Shown in pieces: positions 21,131 to 32,073 of a DNA stretch of 64,000 bases. Within the stretch, counting starts at the first letter, position 1, and each line of letters begins with the position of its first letter. The stretch lies in contig CBDDEL010000009.1 of the NCBI GenBank assembly GCA_965226885.1, positions 128,001-192,000 on the forward strand, in the 5' to 3' direction. This DNA is from Opitutales bacterium. Its GTDB lineage: Bacteria; Verrucomicrobiota; Verrucomicrobiia; Opitutales; UBA2987. The notes under the pieces are model-generated. The model was not told the DNA's origin and searched no databases. It saw only the letters and a list, made by a program, of their open reading frames with translations. The translations under genes were made by a program, and so were the position numbers.

Positions 21131-23137
21131 ATGCGCCTTAAATTCACATTCATTCTTTTTGTTCTCAATCTGGTTCTGTTTGGGATTATTTACCTTTTCG
21201 AAAAAGGGCCTTCTATCGACCTGCCGGGCGTCGGTCCGGTCCTGCCTGCTGGTCTGGTTGATAACAGCGATTATCTTGAGATCGAGGGTCAAGAACTCAA
21301 TGCCAACTGGATTTTGCACAAGACCGGCGAAGATTGGCGTATTGCCAGCCCCATCGACTGGCCGGCCAATTTTTTTGCTGTCAGCCGCCTCCTCAACCAG
21401 CTCCAGTTTTTGGAAAAGGAGTCCTCTTTTACCGTCCGCGAGATTGAAAATGCCGGTCGAACCCTCGAAGATTACGGCCTGGACCAGCCTCGGGCCATCC
21501 TCACTTTGGGCCGGGGGAGAGAAAAAATCGTTCTCAAAATAGGGGAAGCCACCGGTATCGGCGACCGGATTTACATTCTCTCACCCGACCAAAGCGAAGT
21601 CTTTGTCGTCAGCCGCTCGCTCCTGCAAAGCATCTCTCTGGAATTGGACGACCTTCGGGAGTCGAAAGTCTTCCATATTCCCCTTTTCGAGGCGCGGGCT
21701 CTGCGGGTAGCGGTTAGCCCCGGCAACACCATCGTGAGGATCGAGAAGAACGATAAAAAGTGGAACTTTTTAACCCCTATCCAAACCGAGGCCGATCCGG
21801 CCCTGGTGGAGACCACGATTAGCCGGTTGTCCGCCATTCGGGTGACCGATTTTCTGCCGCCCGATCTTCGGGGGCAGGGGCTGGATGATTCCTCAATTTC
21901 CCTGCGAGTGACCATCGAGGGCAACAACCGCCGGCAAACGCTTTTGCTCGGCCATATCGTCCCGAACGACACCGGACCATCCCGCAGATTTGCCAAGTTA
22001 ACCAATAATGACACCGTTTTTTCTGTTCCAGCAGAGCCTTTTGATAATCTGCTCAGGGCGCAGGAAACTTTGCGTGAGAAAAAATTCGTGCAATTTGATC
22101 CAGCATCCCTCAATGAGATCGAAATTGCCTCGGGGCTAAAACGTGTAAATCTGCAAAAAAATGAGGCCGGCGGCTGGCAACTACCGATTAAAGACGATGC
22201 CGGGGCCTTGTACGCCTGGTCCGCCGAACCGACCCTGGTTAACGAACTGATCGGTGTTCTGCTTGAGCTGGAAGCGGTCGATTTCCCTAAAAATGCTCCG
22301 TCGGAAGCGGACCTCGAACGATTCGGAATCAATGATCCGCAACGGCGCGTGACCCTTCATGCGGATGGGGAACAGACACTCTTGCTGGGCGATCTGGACC
22401 AATCTGGGGAATTAATTTACGCCAAAATGAAGGCCAAACCATTTGTTTATCAGGTTCCGGTAGAAGTTCTGCGTTATTTGCAAGCCCGCACACTACATTT
22501 CCGATTCCGTACATTTCACAACCAACCCAAGTCTGCAATTATAGAAGAGATTGCTTTGCGAGATTTGGAATCGGGGGAAAACCTTTTTGTTTTGCACCGG
22601 CAAACGGGTGAGGACATCGGCAGAAACACAGATTTCGAAGAAAAGGGAAAAGAACCGGGATTTGCCGAAGCATTGGACCTATTAGCCGAAAACGAGCGTC
22701 GAGCGGCCCAAACGCTTTTAGAATATTCAAGCCGGTTCAAAGTAAAATCCTACCTGCGGACCGAATTTTCCGACAACTACAATCTCGGAGACAAAGTCTT
22801 GCCCTGGAAATACCTTCTCGAATCGCAAATCAGCCTGCCGGGGGGAACGGAAAGCCAGTTGCGCATCTATAAGTTTTACTTTACCGATCGCATTGGGGGG
22901 ACCACCCAGATAGGCGGGTCGCCGGAATACAATCTTATTTTTGAATTAAGCCAGGAGTTGATCGACGCTCTCTTTACCCTAGCTTTCCGCAGGGAAGAGC
23001 CCGGTTTGCAGGATGTGGCGCCTCCACCGCCGCCACAGGAACCCGCGACCATTGATGAAAACGTCGGGGGGCCGCCGCCAACTGAACCTTCGCCCGATAG
23101 TATAGAGGAGACCGATTCCAACCAGGATGAAGAATAA
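21131..23137 (+). CDS. DUF4340 domain protein
   Basis: N-terminal anchor; repeated W....P....A / YGLD.P units; usual position after GldG. Confidence 0.75.
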   Translation: MRLKFTFILFVLNLVLFGIIYLFEKGPSIDLPGVGPVLPAGLVDNSDYLEIEGQELNANWILHKTGEDWRIASPIDWPANFFAVSRLLNQLQFLEKESSFTVREIENAGRTLEDYGLDQPRAILTLGRGREKIVLKIGEATGIGDRIYILSPDQSEVFVVSRSLLQSISLELDDLRESKVFHIPLFEARALRVAVSPGNTIVRIEKNDKKWNFLTPIQTEADPALVETTISRLSAIRVTDFLPPDLRGQGLDDSSISLRVTIEGNNRRQTLLLGHIVPNDTGPSRRFAKLTNNDTVFSVPAEPFDNLLRAQETLREKKFVQFDPASLNEIEIASGLKRVNLQKNEAGGWQLPIKDDAGALYAWSAEPTLVNELIGVLLELEAVDFPKNAPSEADLERFGINDPQRRVTLHADGEQTLLLGDLDQSGELIYAKMKAKPFVYQVPVEVLRYLQARTLHFRFRTFHNQPKSAIIEEIALRDLESGENLFVLHRQTGEDIGRNTDFEEKGKEPGFAEALDLLAENERRAAQTLLEYSSRFKVKSYLRTEFSDNYNLGDKVLPWKYLLESQISLPGGTESQLRIYKFYFTDRIGGTTQIGGSPEYNLIFELSQELIDALFTLAFRREEPGLQDVAPPPPPQEPATIDENVGGPPPTEPSPDSIEETDSNQDEE

Positions 23138-23164
23138 TGCGCCTTATAGTTTTACCGCATTGGC

Positions 23165-25993
23165 ATGATCCTTAATTTAAAGCGGAAGATATCGAAGAGA
23201 AGTTTGATTTTTTACTTCGTTTGTCTTTACGGGCTAAATATTTTTTTGTTATTGCTGGCCCTGGCTCAGGCCGTTGTGAGCGGGTACTTAATAACCGGTA
23301 AGGATATTCCCATACCGAAATTTGTCCTTAAAGACCTGCAAGAAAAACTGGCCGATTACGGGCTCTATGCGGAAACGGAAAAACTGAATTTCGATCTTCT
23401 GGGCCGTGTCACCGTCCGGCGTTTAAAGATTTTCCGGGAAAGGGGCGGGGATTTGTTGGGACAATTCGATTCTTTGCAGCTTGCCCTTGATATACCCTTG
23501 CTTCTGCTCAAAAGGGTAAGCGTGGATTCTCTCGTTTTTCAAAACGGGCGTCTTGTTTGCCCGGCATTTTATTCCTACAGCGGGGTCAGCGAAACTTTGG
23601 CCAACAAAATCCATGGCCGATTCTCCCGCCACGACAATAGCTGGGCCCGCCACGACAATAGCTGGGAGGTCGAGCGGTTTGACTTTCATTTTTCCAACTT
23701 GCGGACGCACGTCAGCGGAATCTGGCCACAGGCTGAATTTACCCTTCCCACGGAGCCGTTGGCGGAACCCGCATTTCGCCCTCGGCCGTTGGAGCGCTAT
23801 CTTTCCTTTTGCCGGCGGGTTATTGAGATGCAGCCCAAGATGCGGGCGGTGGAAAATCCCGTTGCCCGGATCGCGCTTTCTATTAACAAGGGCGAGCGGC
23901 CCAAGGCGCATTTAAATTTAACCGGCGATTCATTCAAAGGACCCCGGGGATGGAGAGGCGGAGCTTTCCGCATGGAGGTTTCCCGCATCGGGTTGCCTCG
24001 ATTGGCATTTACTCAACCCATTGCATGGAAAGTTCTCGATCTCAACTGGGAGAACCGGATTCGCGCCACCGATCTGGCTGTTCTCATCCACGCCAACTCT
24101 GCTCAGGAACTGATGGCTGGCCGGGTCGAGCGCACCCTTTTTTCAGCCGCCGGTTTCGCCGCCGAAGGCAATGCGGTGGAAGCTTTCAGCGGTGATGTAA
24201 AACTATCTTTTCCCCGTATTGAAGGTTCGGCCCAGGCATTGATTGAAAACCGTCCGGTTCGATTGCAGGGCGATTTTGACATTCAACTAAAAAGCGGCCG
24301 ATTGAGCCTCGATTCCGAAGCGGACCTATTCGGTGCATTAAGGAACAACCCCGCCGATCGTTGGAATGGAGCAGCCGTTCTCGACCGATTGGCACTTTCG
24401 GCTCCGCCCCGCTTGCAGGCATCCTGTATCTTCGGGCCGGACTTCAATTTTGAATCTGTCGAATTTAGCCTGGCTCTTGGACCCCTGTCCTTCGGGGGTG
24501 TGAATTTCCTTCGGTTCAAGACGCGAGGCAGGGCCGACCTCAAAATGATCCATCTAGCCGATTTTACCTTGGAAAAGCCGGGCGAAAGAGTGGACGGCTC
24601 GCTCGAAATCGATTTTCAAAAGAGTGGTTACCGCCTGCTTCTGGCCGGCCACGGCAATCCTATTCCGCTTAACCCCATTATGCCGGATTGGTGGGACAAT
24701 ATCTGGAAGAATATCAACTTTGGTGGAAATCCCCTCTCTGCCGACCTGGAAGCCAGGGCCGGTTGGAAGGGGAGCGGGTTGCAATTTTATTTCGGCGGTT
24801 ACGATGGTCGGGATGTTACTTTTCAGAATGCCGAATTTAAGGTCTTCGATCTTAAAAGCTGGGCTCTTCCCGGATTTGTGGAAATCTATGATCTCAATGC
24901 CTATCGACCGGAAGGGAGCGCCCATGGGTCCGTAAAATGGGTTTTCCTGGAAAAAGCGACAGTTGCTCAAGTATTGGACCTGAGGACCAATCTGGATATT
25001 GCGCCATTGTCCACCCTTCTGGGGCCGGATGTCTCCGCAGTGGTGGCGGATTTCGACCTAACCGAGCCTCCGGAATTGTGGTTAGCGGGAAATCTCTACT
25101 ATCCCGCGGCGCCTTGGCCAATTCGTAGAAAGATCCATTTACAGGCAGCCTCCCGAGCACCTCTTTCCTACCTGGGTTATCCTCTGGATTATCTACATTT
25201 TCAATCCGATCTGACCGATGAACGTTTTGAAATGAACCAGATCGGTTTCGGATTTGCCGGGGGGGATGGAGGGGGCCGACTTTCCTGGCAAAAAGTGGAA
25301 GCTCTAAACCAGCTGGATGTAGCCCTGTTCTTGAAAGGCGCGGATCAAAGAAAGGCATTTGAAACTTTTGGCTGGTTGCCACCCCTCAACAATCAACCCG
25401 CAAACGGCAGGAAAATATCTCGCGGGGAATCGGTAGCCAGTGGTTTTCTCGATGTGGAGTTGAAAGCCACCGGCGTGCCCGGTGACCTCTACAGCTTCAA
25501 GGGAACGGGAAATTTGCAGGTGACGCAGGCGGATTTGGGGAAGGTCCACCTATTCGGCGGTCTCTCGCGCGCCTTCTCTGGAACCGGGTTAGATTTTACC
25601 ACCTTCAAGCTCGATACGGCCGAAGGGAAGTTTATTCTGGATGAAAACATGCTCCAGTTCCCTGAAGTGAGCGTGAGCGGTCTGGGTTCCCTCATCCGGG
25701 CCAGCGGCGGAATTGTCATGCCGGAAGGCGGGCTCGATTTCAAGGTGCGGGTCCGTTTTTTCGAAAATGGGGAAAAATCCCTTTTGGCCATCCTGGGGCC
25801 CATCCTCAAACCCTTCGAAAATGCCCTCGAACTGCGCCTACGGGGCACCCTGAAGGAACCCAGGTGGCGTTTCCAGATCGACCCCCGCAATGTTTTCGGC
25901 AATCCGGTCACCCACCGGTATCCATTCAACGAGGAAAAAAAGGATGAAAGTCCCCTGCCCCCAACCAATCCACCTATGCCCGAGAGCGATTAG
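23165..25993 (+). CDS. AsmA-like / DUF3971-type large envelope protein
   Basis: N-terminal TM, long beta-rich body, C-terminal L.GTL.EP.W motif. Confidence 0.65.
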   Translation: MILNLKRKISKRSLIFYFVCLYGLNIFLLLLALAQAVVSGYLITGKDIPIPKFVLKDLQEKLADYGLYAETEKLNFDLLGRVTVRRLKIFRERGGDLLGQFDSLQLALDIPLLLLKRVSVDSLVFQNGRLVCPAFYSYSGVSETLANKIHGRFSRHDNSWARHDNSWEVERFDFHFSNLRTHVSGIWPQAEFTLPTEPLAEPAFRPRPLERYLSFCRRVIEMQPKMRAVENPVARIALSINKGERPKAHLNLTGDSFKGPRGWRGGAFRMEVSRIGLPRLAFTQPIAWKVLDLNWENRIRATDLAVLIHANSAQELMAGRVERTLFSAAGFAAEGNAVEAFSGDVKLSFPRIEGSAQALIENRPVRLQGDFDIQLKSGRLSLDSEADLFGALRNNPADRWNGAAVLDRLALSAPPRLQASCIFGPDFNFESVEFSLALGPLSFGGVNFLRFKTRGRADLKMIHLADFTLEKPGERVDGSLEIDFQKSGYRLLLAGHGNPIPLNPIMPDWWDNIWKNINFGGNPLSADLEARAGWKGSGLQFYFGGYDGRDVTFQNAEFKVFDLKSWALPGFVEIYDLNAYRPEGSAHGSVKWVFLEKATVAQVLDLRTNLDIAPLSTLLGPDVSAVVADFDLTEPPELWLAGNLYYPAAPWPIRRKIHLQAASRAPLSYLGYPLDYLHFQSDLTDERFEMNQIGFGFAGGDGGGRLSWQKVEALNQLDVALFLKGADQRKAFETFGWLPPLNNQPANGRKISRGESVASGFLDVELKATGVPGDLYSFKGTGNLQVTQADLGKVHLFGGLSRAFSGTGLDFTTFKLDTAEGKFILDENMLQFPEVSVSGLGSLIRASGGIVMPEGGLDFKVRVRFFENGEKSLLAILGPILKPFENALELRLRGTLKEPRWRFQIDPRNVFGNPVTHRYPFNEEKKDESPLPPTNPPMPESD
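23625..23666. repeat. In-frame 21-bp tandem duplication (adds RHDNSWA)
   Basis: CCCGCCACGACAATAGCTGGG x2. Confidence 0.93.
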
Positions 25994-26023
25994 AGTGTAA
26001 TTGAAGTCGCCACTGGCGCCCGG

Positions 26024-27895
26024 CTATTTCAGCAAACCAGGCAGAGTGAGGCTCAGCGCCGGCCAATAGGTGATGAGGAGGACTCCGGGTATCCGCACCA
26101 GAAGCAGGGGAAAAACGGACCGGTAAACGTAGGGCAGCGATTTCTTGAAGCGCATGGCGGAAATAAACAGATTCATGCCCACCGGGGGGGTCAGGTAACC
26201 AAGTTCGAGATTGGCCAGGAAGATGATGCCCAGGTGAATGGGGTCGATTCCAAAGGCCAGCCCCATGGGGATTATGAGAGGCGCGACCACCACAATGGCC
26301 GAAAAAATATCCATCACGCAGCCCACCAGGAGGAGAAAAAAGTTCAGGGTGAGAAGGAAGAGCCAGCGGTTTTCAATGGTCCGGCCAACCCAGTCAACGG
26401 CTTGATCGGGCAGGCGCGCATCGATCAGGTAATTGTTGAAACCCATGGCTACCCCGAGGATGAGGAGAATCCCGCCCACCAACAGGCCGCACTCCGTAAT
26501 AACCCTTGGAGTGTCGCGCCAGAATCGCAAATCGCGGTAAATAAAAGTTTCCACAACAAAGGCATAGAGGGCGGTAACGGCGGCCGCTTCCACCGGGGTG
26601 GCAATCCCCCCGAACAACGCCGTGAGGGCGACTACCGGCAGGAGCAATTCCCATTTTGCCACCCACATGGCCCGCCCTGCCGTCTTTATATTGAATGCCG
26701 GAAGATCGTCCTTATTGACGGTTCCGATGGCTCGTCGAACGCCCCACCAGGCCGTCAGACCAAGGATGAGAAGGCCGGGCCCCAAGCCGCCCAGAAACAT
26801 TTCCTTAATTGTCACCGTAGCCCCGTTGGAAGTGGCCACCACGGCATAGAGTATGAGGGGTAGGCAGGGGGCAAACAACAGCCCCAGCGACCCCGCCGAA
26901 GTAAGCAGCCCGAGGGCGTCCTTTTCATTGTATCGGGCTGAAATGAGCACCGGCATGAGAAGCCCGCCGAGGGCCAGAATGGTCACCCCGGAAGCGCCCG
27001 TAAAAGAGGTGAAAAAAGCGCAAACCAGAGCAGTCACAATAGCAGGTCCTCCTTTGATTCGCCCCACCAAGGCTTGAAAAACTGCAATCAGACGCCGGGA
27101 CGCGCCCCCTTCGGCCAGAAAATACCCGGCCAGGGTAAACAGCGGGATGGCCGCCAGGGTCGGGTTCAAAACCATGCGGTAGTGGTCTACGGCAATGGAG
27201 GCGATGGGATTGCGGACGCCCCAAATAAGAATCAGGGCGGCGCCCCCCAAAGCGCAAAAAATGGGCGCCCCTAATATAATGGCTACCCCCAGCAGAAGGA
27301 GCAACGGCAGGACCAGGTTCCCTGGGTCCGTGGGAGGATAAATCCCGAGCCCGATAAAACCCCCGCCAATGACCAGCATGAGGAGGCCTTCCTTCCAGGA
27401 TTTGGCATTGTGGCGGAGAATTCTCCAGGCTATGACGGCAAACCCTAGAGGCATGAGCGCTTGAATGGCCCACACCGGAATCCCGTAAGCGAGTATCTTG
27501 CCCGCTTCTTTGGAAATGAGAAAATATTGGCAGCCGGCCACTGCCAGGCCTGCGCAGATGGCAATGGAAAAGGCGCCGCTAAAGACCGCGGCCCCGGTTT
27601 TCCAACGACCTTTGAGGAAAGTAGTCACGGTGGACATCGAGAGCAGGCGGTCTTCCCGCGCCGCGATGGCCGCCCCCAGCAGCGAGGAGACAAGCACCAG
27701 GTGCTGCACGATCGCGGTGACGCCGGAGATGCTTTGTTGGAAAAACTTGCGCAGAGCAATTTCCGCCAGGGGCAGCAAAACCATGCCGGCCAGGGAAAGC
27801 GTCACGAGCAGGTTTTCGAATTGATGGAAATAATTACGCCATGCCGGTCTGCCCCTTTTTTCAGCCGGTCGTTCCGCTTCGATCTCTGGATTCAT
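26024..27895 (-). CDS. TRAP transporter fused small/large permease (DctQ-DctM)
   Basis: AIPLFTLAG, FTGASG, DP.HLGIIF..NLELGYLTPPVGMNLF. Confidence 0.92.
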   Translation of the reverse strand: MNPEIEAERPAEKRGRPAWRNYFHQFENLLVTLSLAGMVLLPLAEIALRKFFQQSISGVTAIVQHLVLVSSLLGAAIAAREDRLLSMSTVTTFLKGRWKTGAAVFSGAFSIAICAGLAVAGCQYFLISKEAGKILAYGIPVWAIQALMPLGFAVIAWRILRHNAKSWKEGLLMLVIGGGFIGLGIYPPTDPGNLVLPLLLLLGVAIILGAPIFCALGGAALILIWGVRNPIASIAVDHYRMVLNPTLAAIPLFTLAGYFLAEGGASRRLIAVFQALVGRIKGGPAIVTALVCAFFTSFTGASGVTILALGGLLMPVLISARYNEKDALGLLTSAGSLGLLFAPCLPLILYAVVATSNGATVTIKEMFLGGLGPGLLILGLTAWWGVRRAIGTVNKDDLPAFNIKTAGRAMWVAKWELLLPVVALTALFGGIATPVEAAAVTALYAFVVETFIYRDLRFWRDTPRVITECGLLVGGILLILGVAMGFNNYLIDARLPDQAVDWVGRTIENRWLFLLTLNFFLLLVGCVMDIFSAIVVVAPLIIPMGLAFGIDPIHLGIIFLANLELGYLTPPVGMNLFISAMRFKKSLPYVYRSVFPLLLVRIPGVLLITYWPALSLTLPGLLK

Positions 27896-27910
27896 CGGTG
27901 GTAGGAATGC

Positions 27911-28933
27911 TTAATGGCCTTTTCGGTATTCGTCCAATTGCCCGCGGACTTCATCGAATATATCGGCCGGAACAATTTTGGTGCGGACAAAATCGTGAAC
28001 TTTCTCCGCTTCCCGTCTCCATATTGCCTCAGTAGCGGGGTTTACTTTTTGAACTTTCAACCCCCATTTTTCTGCCATTGTCCTTACGGACTCCTCGTTT
28101 TCCCGTCGTCCTGTGGCCTTGATCTCGTCGCCCGCAATCCGCGCCGACTTTATCATTTCCATGCGCACGGGAAACGGAATTTCTTCCCAGGCACTTCTCG
28201 TAATGACGAGCGCGCCCACCAGTGGAGACCAGTTGAGCTCGAGCATGTGGGGCGCCGGAGTGTAAATCTGTGCACCCAGGGCGATCATCGGCGGCACGGG
28301 AACGGCTTCGATGAGGCCGGTCTGCATGCTGGTCAGGATATCCTCCGGTTCTAGGGGGACCACTTTAAATCCGGCGGCCCGAAAGGTGTCGGCCGTACCG
28401 GTGGATCCGGCCCAGGTAAAGAGTTTGAGTTTCCGCAGGTCGTCCGGGGTGATGACCGGAGTTTTGGAAAAGAAACGCACCCAGCCCATATCGGCCCAGA
28501 AAAGGGCGATGAAGCCTTTAACCCGCAGCCGCTTTTCCAGCATGGGGCGGAGTTTTTCGCTCACATAATCGACCTCCGCCAGGTTCCTGAACATCATGGG
28601 CAAGAATTGCAGGCCGGCCACCGCCGGCTCGATCTCACTCAACCCGGTCGTTGTCAGCAAGCCGGCCTGGGTTTGTTTGATGCGCATCCGGTCCACCATG
28701 GCAGCCTCTCCTCCCTGGATAGCGCCGGGGTAAATAATCAACTCCACAGAATTGCCGGAAGCTTCCCTCCAGGCCTGCCCCATGCGTTGCAACGAGCGGT
28801 GAAAGGAGCCGCCCTTGGGCGCGATGGTGGTCAGTTTTATGATATGTTTATTCTCCGCTGCCTCCATCTTCACCCCAGCATGAATGGCCGTGAAAAAGGT
28901 GAGTAAAATGATTGCGCGGTAGACGGATCGCAT
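27911..28933 (-). CDS. TRAP substrate-binding protein (DctP/TatP)
   Basis: IKL.TIAP.G, YPG..QGGE..MV..MR; signal peptide. Confidence 0.9.
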   Translation of the reverse strand: MRSVYRAIILLTFFTAIHAGVKMEAAENKHIIKLTTIAPKGGSFHRSLQRMGQAWREASGNSVELIIYPGAIQGGEAAMVDRMRIKQTQAGLLTTTGLSEIEPAVAGLQFLPMMFRNLAEVDYVSEKLRPMLEKRLRVKGFIALFWADMGWVRFFSKTPVITPDDLRKLKLFTWAGSTGTADTFRAAGFKVVPLEPEDILTSMQTGLIEAVPVPPMIALGAQIYTPAPHMLELNWSPLVGALVITRSAWEEIPFPVRMEMIKSARIAGDEIKATGRRENEESVRTMAEKWGLKVQKVNPATEAIWRREAEKVHDFVRTKIVPADIFDEVRGQLDEYRKGH

Positions 28934-28951
28934 GGTGGAGGGGGGATTTTT

Positions 28952-29899
28952 TTAGAGGAAATAGCGTTCGATTCGATCCAGGAGCCATTGCGCCCGGCGT
29001 TGAAAGATGAGATTGGACAAACGCCATTCTGGGCGAATATCTGTGTCGATGGCGAGAGCCTTGTAAAGGAGCATGCGGAATTCGGCACGATTCTGGTTGG
29101 GAATGGAGACCGCTTCGGCCAGGGCGAGATGAGGTCCCGCTTGTAGACCGCCGGACAACTCGATGGCTCGTTGATAGTGGCGCCGCGAACGAATTTCGGG
29201 CAATTCCGCATCTTTGCCGCGATTCATCTCGTAGGTGATGAGAAAAGAGTGGATGGCCCCGTAATCGTAGGATTCGTCCAATTCCAGGGCTCGGTCGATG
29301 AGGGCATCGACTATTGGAAGATCGCCGATCAAATCGGCCTCCTTGGAAATGGCTATAGCGGAGATCCAGGCCGAGGCCGTCCAATAGAGAAGGGGAACAT
29401 CCTCCATGGCCGCTTTTTGGACAATTTTTTGGGGATTCTCTCGCATCCCGGCCTGAAAACCGGGCATACTCACCTCCAGGCCCCGCAAGCCGTAGTTGCG
29501 GGCTCGCAGGTAGAGTTTTTGAGCCCGGTTGCGAAGGGCGAAAGCGACGTCCAGATCGGTGTCCTCCAGACGATCGGCCTCTTCCTGAACAAAAGCAAAT
29601 CCGTACTGGGTAAAACCGCTGGCTGTGGCGTAAAGGAGACCTTCGTGGTCGGGAACCTGCTCCAGTAGCGTTTCCATCAATTTCAGGCTGAAAGGCATGG
29701 CTGCGCCCACCAGTTCGGGATCGTCGTCCGAAGTGAAAGTCGTGCCACCGGAAGCCAGGGCGTCCCCCATTTTATTAATGGCGATTTTTTCCAGCGAAAC
29801 GCACCCTTGAGTCAAGCATACCAGCAGGGCGAGGGCGAGTCTGGCTCGAATATGATGAGACGAGGCTTCCAGGAAATTCAGACAGGCGATATTCTTCAT
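28952..29899 (-). CDS. TRAP transporter TatT component (TPAT lipoprotein)
   Basis: Lipobox-like TQGC, DDPELV..A.PF.LKL.E motif; upstream of TatP and permease. Confidence 0.85.
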   Translation of the reverse strand: MKNIACLNFLEASSHHIRARLALALLVCLTQGCVSLEKIAINKMGDALASGGTTFTSDDDPELVGAAMPFSLKLMETLLEQVPDHEGLLYATASGFTQYGFAFVQEEADRLEDTDLDVAFALRNRAQKLYLRARNYGLRGLEVSMPGFQAGMRENPQKIVQKAAMEDVPLLYWTASAWISAIAISKEADLIGDLPIVDALIDRALELDESYDYGAIHSFLITYEMNRGKDAELPEIRSRRHYQRAIELSGGLQAGPHLALAEAVSIPNQNRAEFRMLLYKALAIDTDIRPEWRLSNLIFQRRAQWLLDRIERYFL

Positions 29900-30187
29900 G
29901 AATAGAGGGCCTCCTTTGCTTTCATTTGCAATTTCATAGCCAATCCGTAGCAAAAAGGGAACTGGTAAATTTCTGGATTACAATTTTGATAAAAAAAGAG
30001 GCTCTTCCGGGTTTTGGGTGGGATTTTTTAAAAAGCATAGTCAATATAAGAGGCAATAAAAATCACCGTGGCTTGGCGTCCCTAAAGAAAGAGATTGAAT
30101 AATGGCTTTGATTATTTTCCAGCCATGATTTAAGTTGAAGCAATTTATTAAATTTGAAACATCGAAAAACCAAAGGAGAATCAGGGC

Positions 30188-30673
30188 TTGGACCTAAAAG
30201 AAATCAAACAGATCATCGATCTCATGAAGCGCTCGGACCTGAGCGAATTTGAAATCGAGGAAGAAGGATTTAAATTGCGCATATGCCGGGGCTCCAAGGG
30301 CGACCCACCCCAGGTTGTGACTATGGGCACGACAAGCCCGTTTCCTCCGCATGTCATGGAAGCGGTAGCGGTGCCCCAACCGCCCGCCGAATCGCAACCT
30401 ATGGAACAAAAGGTGGAAAAGATGGACGAAAATATCGACTTCATCAAATCCCCCATGGTGGGAACCTTTTACCGGTCCGCTTCTCCGGAAAGCCCACCCT
30501 TTGTCGAAAAAGGTTCCGAGGTGGAGCCGGAATCGATTGTTTGTATCATTGAGGCAATGAAAGTCATGAACGAAATCCAGGCTGATATGCCTGCCAAAAT
30601 CATAGAGATTCTTGTCGAAAACGGTCAATCGGTCGAATACGGGCAGCCCATGTTCAAGGTCGAAAAGACCTGA
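30188..30673 (+). CDS. accB: Acetyl-CoA carboxylase biotin carboxyl carrier protein
   Basis: SPMVGTFY, EAMKVMNEI biotinylation motif. Confidence 0.96.
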   Translation: MDLKEIKQIIDLMKRSDLSEFEIEEEGFKLRICRGSKGDPPQVVTMGTTSPFPPHVMEAVAVPQPPAESQPMEQKVEKMDENIDFIKSPMVGTFYRSASPESPPFVEKGSEVEPESIVCIIEAMKVMNEIQADMPAKIIEILVENGQSVEYGQPMFKVEKT

Positions 30674-30682
30674 AAATCCTCC

Positions 30683-32071
30683 ATGTTCCAAAAAATCTTA
30701 ATTGCCAACCGGGGCGAGATTGCGCTCCGTATCATCCGCGCTTGCAAAGAGTTAGGTATAAAAACCGTTGCCGTATATTCCGAGGCCGACGAGCAATCCC
30801 TGCATGTTCAACTGGCTGACGGGGCTATCTGCATCGGCCCCGCCCCCAGCGCGGACAGCTATTTAAAAACCGATCGCATCATCAGCGCGGCGGAAATCGC
30901 CGATGTCGACGCCATTCATCCCGGATATGGATTTTTAGCCGAAAACCCCGAATTCGCGGAGCAATGCGAGGGGTGCAACATAAAATTTATCGGTCCCAAA
31001 TCGGAAACAATCCGCATGATGGGGGACAAGGCGGTCGGCCGGGAAACAGTCAAGAAAGCGCGAGTCCCCATCATCCTGGGCAGCGACGGGCCGGTCGAAA
31101 ACGACAAGGAAGCCCTCAAAATTGCCAAGAAAATCGGGTTTCCGGTTATCATCAAGGCGGTGGCGGGCGGCGGCGGCCGGGGTATGCGCCTGGCCCATAA
31201 TGCGATCACCTTCGCGCGGGAGTTTGTCAACGCCAGCAACGAGGCCGAAAAAGCCTTCGGCAACGGGGCCGTTTATGTCGAAAAATACATTGAAAACCCG
31301 CGGCATATTGAATTTCAGATCCTGGCTGATCGCTTCGGCAAAACCATTCACCTGGGGGAGCGCGATTGTTCGGTCCAAAGACGCCACCAAAAGCTGATCG
31401 AGGAAGCCCCTTCTCCCTTCCTCAGCAAAGACTTACGAAAGCGCATGGGCCGGGCGGCGGTGCGCGTGGCTCTCTCCTGCAATTATGAAAATGCCGGCAC
31501 GGTGGAGTTCCTGGTGGACAAAAACGGCAAATTCTATTTTATTGAAATGAATACGCGCATTCAGGTCGAACACGGGGTGACAGAAGAAGTCACCGGAATA
31601 GACCTTATCAACGAGCAAATACGCCTGGCCGCCGGAGAGAAGCTCGACATGGAGCAAAAAGATATTAAATATACCCGACATGCCGTCGAATGTCGTATTT
31701 GCGCCGAGGATCCGGCTCGTAATTTTGCACCCAATCCCGGCGAAATATCGCTCTATTATCCACCTGGGGGACATGGCGTGCGGGTGGATTCGCATGTTTA
31801 CGGCGGCTATACCATCCCGCCATATTACGATAGTATGATGAGCAAAGTAATCACATTCGGGAGAACCCGCGAACTAGCCTTGGATCGTATGTACAGGGCC
31901 TTGAGCGAATACATTATCCGCGGCGTCAAAACCACCATTCCCTTTTCTATGGCCGTGATCCGGGACCCCGTTTTTCGCCAGGGCGCGGCCACCACTGGTT
32001 ATGTGGAAGAATTTATCAATCGCACACCAAAAAAAATATTCAGCAACTCCAATCAGGAAAGACAGGAATAA
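30683..32071 (+). CDS. accC: Biotin carboxylase
   Basis: [35 protein letters not shown]. Confidence 0.97.
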   Translation: MFQKILIANRGEIALRIIRACKELGIKTVAVYSEADEQSLHVQLADGAICIGPAPSADSYLKTDRIISAAEIADVDAIHPGYGFLAENPEFAEQCEGCNIKFIGPKSETIRMMGDKAVGRETVKKARVPIILGSDGPVENDKEALKIAKKIGFPVIIKAVAGGGGRGMRLAHNAITFAREFVNASNEAEKAFGNGAVYVEKYIENPRHIEFQILADRFGKTIHLGERDCSVQRRHQKLIEEAPSPFLSKDLRKRMGRAAVRVALSCNYENAGTVEFLVDKNGKFYFIEMNTRIQVEHGVTEEVTGIDLINEQIRLAAGEKLDMEQKDIKYTRHAVECRICAEDPARNFAPNPGEISLYYPPGGHGVRVDSHVYGGYTIPPYYDSMMSKVITFGRTRELALDRMYRALSEYIIRGVKTTIPFSMAVIRDPVFRQGAATTGYVEEFINRTPKKIFSNSNQERQE

Positions 32072-32073
32072 TC

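Noticed and set aside
30522..30535. Near match to the tRNA-Thr 3' end (possible att site)
   Set aside because: Short, gapped and inside intact accB coding sequence; chance similarity
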